DNA of 30,206 nucleotides from an uncultured Sphingomonadaceae bacterium (lineage in GTDB: Bacteria; Pseudomonadota; Alphaproteobacteria; Sphingomonadales; Sphingomonadaceae), in assembly GCA_964247195.1 (NCBI GenBank), contig CAXTTP010000001.1:1-30206 (forward strand), in the 5' to 3' direction. Shown here piece by piece: positions 25,082 to 30,206 of the stretch. Made by a program: the position numbers and the translations under genes. The first letter of the stretch is position 1. Each line of letters opens with the position of its first letter. The notes under the pieces are model-generated. The model was not told the origin of the DNA. It saw only the letters and a list, made by a program, of their open reading frames with translations, and did not search any database.

Positions 25082-26680
25082 TCATCCGACTTGGCGATGA
25101 CCCGAAGGGTCTGGAAACAGCGCGAGTGCCGCGGCCGCATCGACCGGGGTCCGAAGGAGCGTGCCCTGACCGACGTTGCCGCCGTTCCCGAGCAGTTGGG
25201 TTTCCTGGTCGACGGTCTCGATCCCCTCGGCAGCGACGGTGAGACCGAGCCCTCGACCGAGTCCCGCTAGTGCGTTGACGATGCTCGCGCTTTCCGGATC
25301 GGTCGCCATCGACTGGACGAAGCTCCGGTCGATCTTGATCTTGTCGAGCTTGAAGTTCCGCAGGTGGTAGAGGCTCGAATAGCCCGTGCCGAAATTGTCG
25401 AGCGTGATGCGAACGCCGGCGGCGCGTAGCGCTCCCAAGGTCACGCGGGCATTCTCCGGATCGGCGACGAGGGCGCTTTCGGTGATCTCGAGTTCCAGCC
25501 TGTCCGGGCTGAGCCGGCTGTCGCGCAGCAATCGCGCGATCCGTGCGGGCAGGAGGCTGTCGCGCAACTGGCCCGGATAGATGTCGGTCGACAGCATCGC
25601 TCCGCGCGGCCATCTGCTAGCGGCCACGCACGCCTTGCGCAGGACGTTCTCGGCAAGCGCATGGATCAGGCCGGTCTCCTCGGCGATGGACAGGAACCGC
25701 TCGACGGGGACGATGCAGCCATCCGCATCGGTCCAGCGCGGCGTCATCTCGAAGCCGATCAGCTCCTGCGAGGCGAGCCGGATCGTCGGCTGGAAGACCG
25801 GCTCGATCATGTCCGCGTCGATCGCCGCCCGTAGCGCGCTCTCCATGGCGGCGCGCTCCTGAACGCGGGCGTCCATCTGCGGCTCGAAGAAGCGCAGCGC
25901 CGACCGCCGTTCGACCTTGGCCCGATAGAGAGCGATATCCGCCTTGCGGATCGCTTCCTCGCTGGTGGTGGCATCGGCGGGCACCAGCGCGATGCCGATC
26001 CCCGCGCCGACCCGGTGAATGGCCCCGCCGGCGCTTATCGGGGATTCGAGCGCATCGATCACGCGCATCGCGACGCTGGTCGCAGCCTCCGGACCGGCGA
26101 TGTGCGTGGCGAGTATCGCGAACTCGTCGCCACCGAAGCGCGCAACCATATCGCCATCGCGCATCGCTGAGAGCAGCCGCTGCGACACCACCGTCAACAC
26201 TTCGTCGCCGACGCCGTGCCCGTGCACGTCGTTGATCTGCTTGAAGCCGTTCAGGTCAAGAAAATAGACGGCATGCGCGGCGCCGGCGCGTGGGGGAGAC
26301 TCCACCGCGGCCGCCAACGCCTCGTCGAACTGCCGCCGGTTGGGGAGCCCGGTAAGCCCATCCTGATAGGCAAGTTCGCGGGCATGGTGCTCGGCCGCGA
26401 TCCGACGCGCCACCTCCCGCTTCTGCGAAAGATACTGCTTCACGGCAAAGCCGAGCAGCGCGAGAGCAACGAACCCCCCGACGAGCAGGGCCTCGTCGAG
26501 CTCGATGACGTTCGCCTTGGGACCGGCCGAACCTTCGTTGGCGAAGAGGTCGACCGCGTACACCAGGTAGAGCGCGACCAGCGTGGCGACGCATATGATC
26601 GAGAGGTCACGAACGGCTATGCGGTGGCGCATCATGAAGCTCCAGAACCGCGTCCAGCGCGTCGGGTGACGGATCGCCAT
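25082..26680 (-). CDS. Membrane-anchored GGDEF protein with degenerate EAL domain
   Basis: Two N-terminal TM segments; QDGLTGLPNR, DLNGFKQIND, RDGD..RFGGDEF; EAL motif reads EMT and the DDFG motif reads DNFG. Confidence 0.88.
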   Translation of the reverse strand: MAIRHPTRWTRFWSFMMRHRIAVRDLSIICVATLVALYLVYAVDLFANEGSAGPKANVIELDEALLVGGFVALALLGFAVKQYLSQKREVARRIAAEHHARELAYQDGLTGLPNRRQFDEALAAAVESPPRAGAAHAVYFLDLNGFKQINDVHGHGVGDEVLTVVSQRLLSAMRDGDMVARFGGDEFAILATHIAGPEAATSVAMRVIDALESPISAGGAIHRVGAGIGIALVPADATTSEEAIRKADIALYRAKVERRSALRFFEPQMDARVQERAAMESALRAAIDADMIEPVFQPTIRLASQELIGFEMTPRWTDADGCIVPVERFLSIAEETGLIHALAENVLRKACVAASRWPRGAMLSTDIYPGQLRDSLLPARIARLLRDSRLSPDRLELEITESALVADPENARVTLGALRAAGVRITLDNFGTGYSSLYHLRNFKLDKIKIDRSFVQSMATDPESASIVNALAGLGRGLGLTVAAEGIETVDQETQLLGNGGNVGQGTLLRTPVDAAAALALFPDPSGHRQVG

Positions 26681-26809
26681 GCGAGTACGCTAAGGCAGCA
26701 AGTGTTGAGGACTTATGATGGAACCGCTCGCCCGTGTGCCGATGTTTACCGTCAAGCCCGGTTGTGCGATCCGCATGGCGATAAGACGGGGCAGGGAAGG
26801 GATCCGGAA

Positions 26810-27916
26810 ATGACGCACGCTCTCGCGCACCCCACTTCGGTCGAAGATATCACTCCGGCCTATCTGACGCGTCTGATGGCGGAGGCCGTCCCCGGCGTGA
26901 TCGTAACCGACGTTACCGCCATCCAGGCGATGACCTATGGTGAGCAGTTCGTATCCACCGCCGGGCGCGTGATCGTTGCCGTCCGCTATGGCGCGGGCAG
27001 TCCGGCGGGGCTGCCGGAGAGGCTGGTGGTCAAGATAGCGCGCGGCGTCGACAAGATCCTCGCGCCCTTCTACGAGAATGAAGTGAATTTCTACAACCGC
27101 GTCCGGCCCGAGCTGGACCTGGAGGCACCCAAGGCGTTCGGCGGGGGCTTCGACCCGGTCTCCAGCAATTTCGCGATCGTGCTCGAAGACCTGACGCTGC
27201 GTGGCGCGACCTTCCCGACCGTGCTGTCGTCGGTCCCGCTGGACAGCGTGCGCTCGATCCTCTCCGAACAGGCCAAGCTTCACGCGCGCTTCTGGCAAAG
27301 CCCTCGGCTGCGGCCCGGCGGCGACTTGAGCTGGATCGGCAGCCATGTCGAGGGCAAGGTTGCGGAACTCAACATGCACGCGGCGGCGCCGCTGATCCAG
27401 CACGAGATCGACACCACGTCGTTCAAGCGCGAAATGGTCCAGCGGCTGCGCACGACCGGATCGGCATTACGCGATGGGACGCTTGCGTTGCATCGCCACC
27501 AGCAGACCCTGCCCCAGACGCTGGTTCAGGGGGACATGCACATCGGCAACACGTACCTGCTGCCGGATGGATCGGGCGGCTTGCTCGACTGGCAGCTGAT
27601 GTGCCGAGGCCACCATATCCACGATGTCAGCTATCTTGTTACCACCGCGCTCTCGATCGAGGAGCGCCGCAAGCATGAGCAGGATCTCGTCCGCTTCTAC
27701 CTCGATCGGCTCGCGGCCGAAGGGGTGCCTGACGTGCCTTCCCTCGAAGCCAGCCTCGCCGAATTCGGCCGCGCCCTGATGTGGGGCGTCTATATCGGCT
27801 GGCTGACCACGCCGGTGGTCAACTACGGATGGGAGATCAACGTGATGGCCCACCTGCGCTTGACCACCGCGTTCGAAGACCACGATACCGCGCGCCTGAT
27901 CGCGGATATCGCGTGA
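26810..27916 (+). CDS. Phosphotransferase of the EcKL/DUF1679 (APH-like) family
   Basis: MTHALAHPTSVEDITPAYLT; LPERLVVKI; ENEVNFY; IVLEDL; LVQGDMHIGN; LLDWQ; DVSYLV..L..EERR. Start ATG 26810. Confidence 0.8.
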   Translation: MTHALAHPTSVEDITPAYLTRLMAEAVPGVIVTDVTAIQAMTYGEQFVSTAGRVIVAVRYGAGSPAGLPERLVVKIARGVDKILAPFYENEVNFYNRVRPELDLEAPKAFGGGFDPVSSNFAIVLEDLTLRGATFPTVLSSVPLDSVRSILSEQAKLHARFWQSPRLRPGGDLSWIGSHVEGKVAELNMHAAAPLIQHEIDTTSFKREMVQRLRTTGSALRDGTLALHRHQQTLPQTLVQGDMHIGNTYLLPDGSGGLLDWQLMCRGHHIHDVSYLVTTALSIEERRKHEQDLVRFYLDRLAAEGVPDVPSLEASLAEFGRALMWGVYIGWLTTPVVNYGWEINVMAHLRLTTAFEDHDTARLIADIA

Positions 27917-27918
27917 GA

Positions 27919-27944
27919 CGGCGATGCCCTCGCCGGTTGTTTCT
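27919..27944 (+). terminator. Possible intrinsic terminator after the kinase gene
   Basis: CGGCGA-TGCCC-TCGCCG 6-bp stem followed by GTTGTTTCT; short stem and imperfect U-tract. Confidence 0.3.
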
Positions 27945-27962
27945 CGGCAAGTCCGATCGTCC

Positions 27963-29687
27963 TCACGGCTTCGCGGTGCTCCTGTCGTAGACGAGCTTGC
28001 CGCCGAGAAAGGTCATGTCGACCTTCATGGCCAGGATCGCCTCCGGCGGCGCCGTCATCGGGTCGATCGGCAGGACCACCATGTCCGCATATTTGCCGGG
28101 CTCGATCGTGCCCTTGGTCTTCTCTTCCCATGACAGGTACGGGCCGGCGGCAGTGTACATGCGTATCGCCTCCTCGCGCGATACCGCTTCCTCCGCTCCG
28201 TGGACCTGCCCGCTCGAGCCCTTGCGCGTGATCGCGGCATAAAGGCCGATCGCCGGGTTGATCGGGAGATTGTCGCTGCCGAACGCAACGAACAGGCCGA
28301 ACTTCTTCTCGGGCGTGGCGACCGAATTGTTGTGCTCCAGTCGCCAGTCGTCGAGATTTGCGATGTAGCGGTCCTCGAGATTGTAGAGGAAGTTCGGCTG
28401 CTGGGCGATGGCCACGCCGTCTTCACGCATCGTCGCCATCGTCGCGTCGGGCGGCATGATGGTGAAGTGATCGAGGAACCAGCGGCGATCGCGTCCCCTG
28501 TGGTCCACGCCGGGATACTTGGCCAACGCCTTGTCATAGGCATTCACCGCCTGGACGATCGCGGCATCGCCGATCGCGTGCAGGCCCAACTGCCAGCCGA
28601 GCGCGGCAGCGCTGTCGATCAGCTCCTGGAGCTCCGCATCCGTATAGCGGCCTTTCCCGCGAAAGCCCGGCTGGCCCTTATAGTCGGCGAGCAGCCAGGC
28701 GGTCGGGCCGGTAAAGCCGCCATCCACCGCATTCTCGCCGATCGCGCCGAGGCGGACATGCTCGTCGCCATAGCCGCTATGGTACGGGAACGCCTTCAAC
28801 CGCTCGGCTCCCGGATGGGTGATATACATCGTGATGCGCGGGAGCGTGTCTCCTTGCTGGGCGTAGATTTCACGCGCCCGGCGGAAGGTGAGGTTCGGCC
28901 CCGGATCGGCGACGCCGCCGGCTCCGACGGGCTCGTCGTCGATCGTGCCCGATGCGTCGAAGAACGAGGTGATGCCGAGGGACAGGAGCCAGCGCAGCCG
29001 ATCGATGTAGCTCTGGCGCACGTCTTCCCATTTGTCCTTGGGAATATTCCTCGCGACGATATCGAAGCCCTCGCGGATCACGCCGTTGGGCTCGCCGTCC
29101 GGGTCGTGCTCGATCAGCCCGCTCTTGGGATCGGGCGTGTTGCGGTCGACGCCGCCGATCTTCAGCGCCATCGAGTTGCCGACCGCCGAGTGACCGCCGG
29201 CCCGGACGAGCAGGACCGGATTGCCCGGCGCACCCACGTCGAGATCGGCGCGGGAGAGGTTGCGCTTCTCGGCCAGGTTGGACTCCTGCCAGCCATAGCC
29301 CGTAATCCACTTGCCCGGTTTAAGTTGCGCGGCCTTCGCGCGCAGCATCGCCTGCACTTCGCCGATCGACCGCGCGGAGGCGACGTCGATGTCGTGCGGC
29401 GACGTCGCCTGCGCGTGGAGGTGGGTATCGGTGAAGCCGGGCAGCAGCGTGCGGCCGCCGAGATCCATCTCCTTCCTGGCGGTGAAGCGCTTGCGCAGCT
29501 CATTGCCGCCGACGGCGACGATCTTGCCGTCCTTCACCGCGACCGCCGAGCGGACGGAAAACGCCTTGTCGACGGTCAGGATTCTGCCGTTGTAGAGGAG
29601 CAGGTCCGCTGGTGTACCCGCCTGGGCTGGCGCCGCGCCCATCACACCTACCAGCGCCAAAGCCGGTGCCAAGTACGACCTTCGCAT
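27963..29687 (-). CDS. Exported metal-dependent amidohydrolase (Amidohydro_3, YtcJ/NfdA-like)
   Basis: Signal peptide MRRSYLAPALALVGVMGAAPAQA; AVAVKDGKIVAVG; PGFTDTHLH; GLHAIGD; FGSDN; GTIEPGKYADMVVL. Confidence 0.9.
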   Translation of the reverse strand: MRRSYLAPALALVGVMGAAPAQAGTPADLLLYNGRILTVDKAFSVRSAVAVKDGKIVAVGGNELRKRFTARKEMDLGGRTLLPGFTDTHLHAQATSPHDIDVASARSIGEVQAMLRAKAAQLKPGKWITGYGWQESNLAEKRNLSRADLDVGAPGNPVLLVRAGGHSAVGNSMALKIGGVDRNTPDPKSGLIEHDPDGEPNGVIREGFDIVARNIPKDKWEDVRQSYIDRLRWLLSLGITSFFDASGTIDDEPVGAGGVADPGPNLTFRRAREIYAQQGDTLPRITMYITHPGAERLKAFPYHSGYGDEHVRLGAIGENAVDGGFTGPTAWLLADYKGQPGFRGKGRYTDAELQELIDSAAALGWQLGLHAIGDAAIVQAVNAYDKALAKYPGVDHRGRDRRWFLDHFTIMPPDATMATMREDGVAIAQQPNFLYNLEDRYIANLDDWRLEHNNSVATPEKKFGLFVAFGSDNLPINPAIGLYAAITRKGSSGQVHGAEEAVSREEAIRMYTAAGPYLSWEEKTKGTIEPGKYADMVVLPIDPMTAPPEAILAMKVDMTFLGGKLVYDRSTAKP

Positions 29688-29831
29688 CTCATGTCCCCCG
29701 ATCGCCACCGCGGTTGAAATCGTCGCTGACGGTTTCCGAATAGGATGGGCGGTGGCTGTTAGGCAACGCCGCCATGATGTCCGTGAACCGGCGCGGACGA
29801 TCGGCGGGCGGCGGCCGCGACAGGGTATAAC

Positions 29832-30206
29832 TCAGTCCAGCTCCGCCGCCTGTCCCACGTCAGCGATCCGCTCCAGTCGCGGGTTCGAAGATGTCGCACT
29901 TTGCCGATACTGGGTCGCCGATTGTCCGAGGCCGCGCCGGAAGAAGCGGCAGAAGTAAGCCGGTTCGGAGAAGCCGAGCTGATAGCTGATCTGCGTGATC
30001 GAGCGTGCGGAGTAGATGAGCTCGCGCTTGGCTTCGAGTAACAGGCGTTCGTGAATGATCTCCAGCGGCGTGCACTGGAGGACCGCGGTGCAACACCGCG
30101 TCAGGCGCGCAACGGTAACCCCCATCGTGGAGCAATAATCCCCGATCGAGAGATGCTTCTGGAAATTCTCTTCGACCAGCGTGCGGTATCGCATGACGAG
30201 TTCGTC
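29832..30206 (-). CDS. AraC-family regulator, C-terminal part (5' end outside the window)
   Basis: The frame is open to the window edge; LEIIHERLLLEAKRELIYS.RSITQISYQLGFSEPAYFCRFFRR.LGQSATQYR. Confidence 0.92.
   Translation of the reverse strand, partial: DELVMRYRTLVEENFQKHLSIGDYCSTMGVTVARLTRCCTAVLQCTPLEIIHERLLLEAKRELIYSARSITQISYQLGFSEPAYFCRFFRRGLGQSATQYRQSATSSNPRLERIADVGQAAELD

Noticed and set aside
26720-26746. ECF-like promoter GGAAC-N18-TGTT before the EcKL kinase
   Set aside because: Spacer too long and the -10 element mismatched.
531-29717. Long alternative or antisense ORFs (e.g. 531-2003+, 2937-4583+, 8857-11487-, 13562-14557+, 20094-21389-, 21596-23137-, 22729-24012+, 28200-29717+)
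   Set aside because: They shadow well-supported genes, are Arg/Ala/Pro-rich without family motifs, and are expected in high-GC DNA where stop codons are rare.

Overview
GC-rich alphaproteobacterial chromosomal window; gene content and promoter motifs suggest a Sphingomonas-like organism (inference). From left to right it holds seven blocks. (1) A minus-strand general-stress cluster: DUF2382/YsnF, OmpA-domain protein, YflT-YsnF, an APH(2'')-like kinase, YihY, and catalase katE running off the window edge, headed by a perfect EcfG-type promoter (GGAAC-N16-CGTT). (2) An ArsR-SRPBCC pair with a palindromic operator, a DUF3667 membrane protein, and a GT2 glycosyltransferase preceded by an internally deleted mini-paralog of itself. 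(3) A KimA/YdaO-like K+ transporter. (4) A PrtD/PrtE-type type I secretion pair with a 783-aa all-repeat RTX substrate; an oppositely oriented RTX 5' remnant with an ACG in place of ATG lies between them. (5) htpG with a sigma32 promoter, a 47-aa Rmf/CrpP-like microprotein and an exported His-rich TPR protein. (6) A c-di-GMP cluster: PAS-GGDEF-EAL plus stand-alone BLUF, convergent with GAF-PAS-PAS-GGDEF-EAL and a membrane GGDEF with degenerate EAL. (7) An EcKL/APH-like kinase, an exported amidohydrolase and a partial AraC regulator. No rRNA, tRNA, IS element, integrase or CRISPR array was recognised. Family assignments come from motif recognition by eye; no database search was run.
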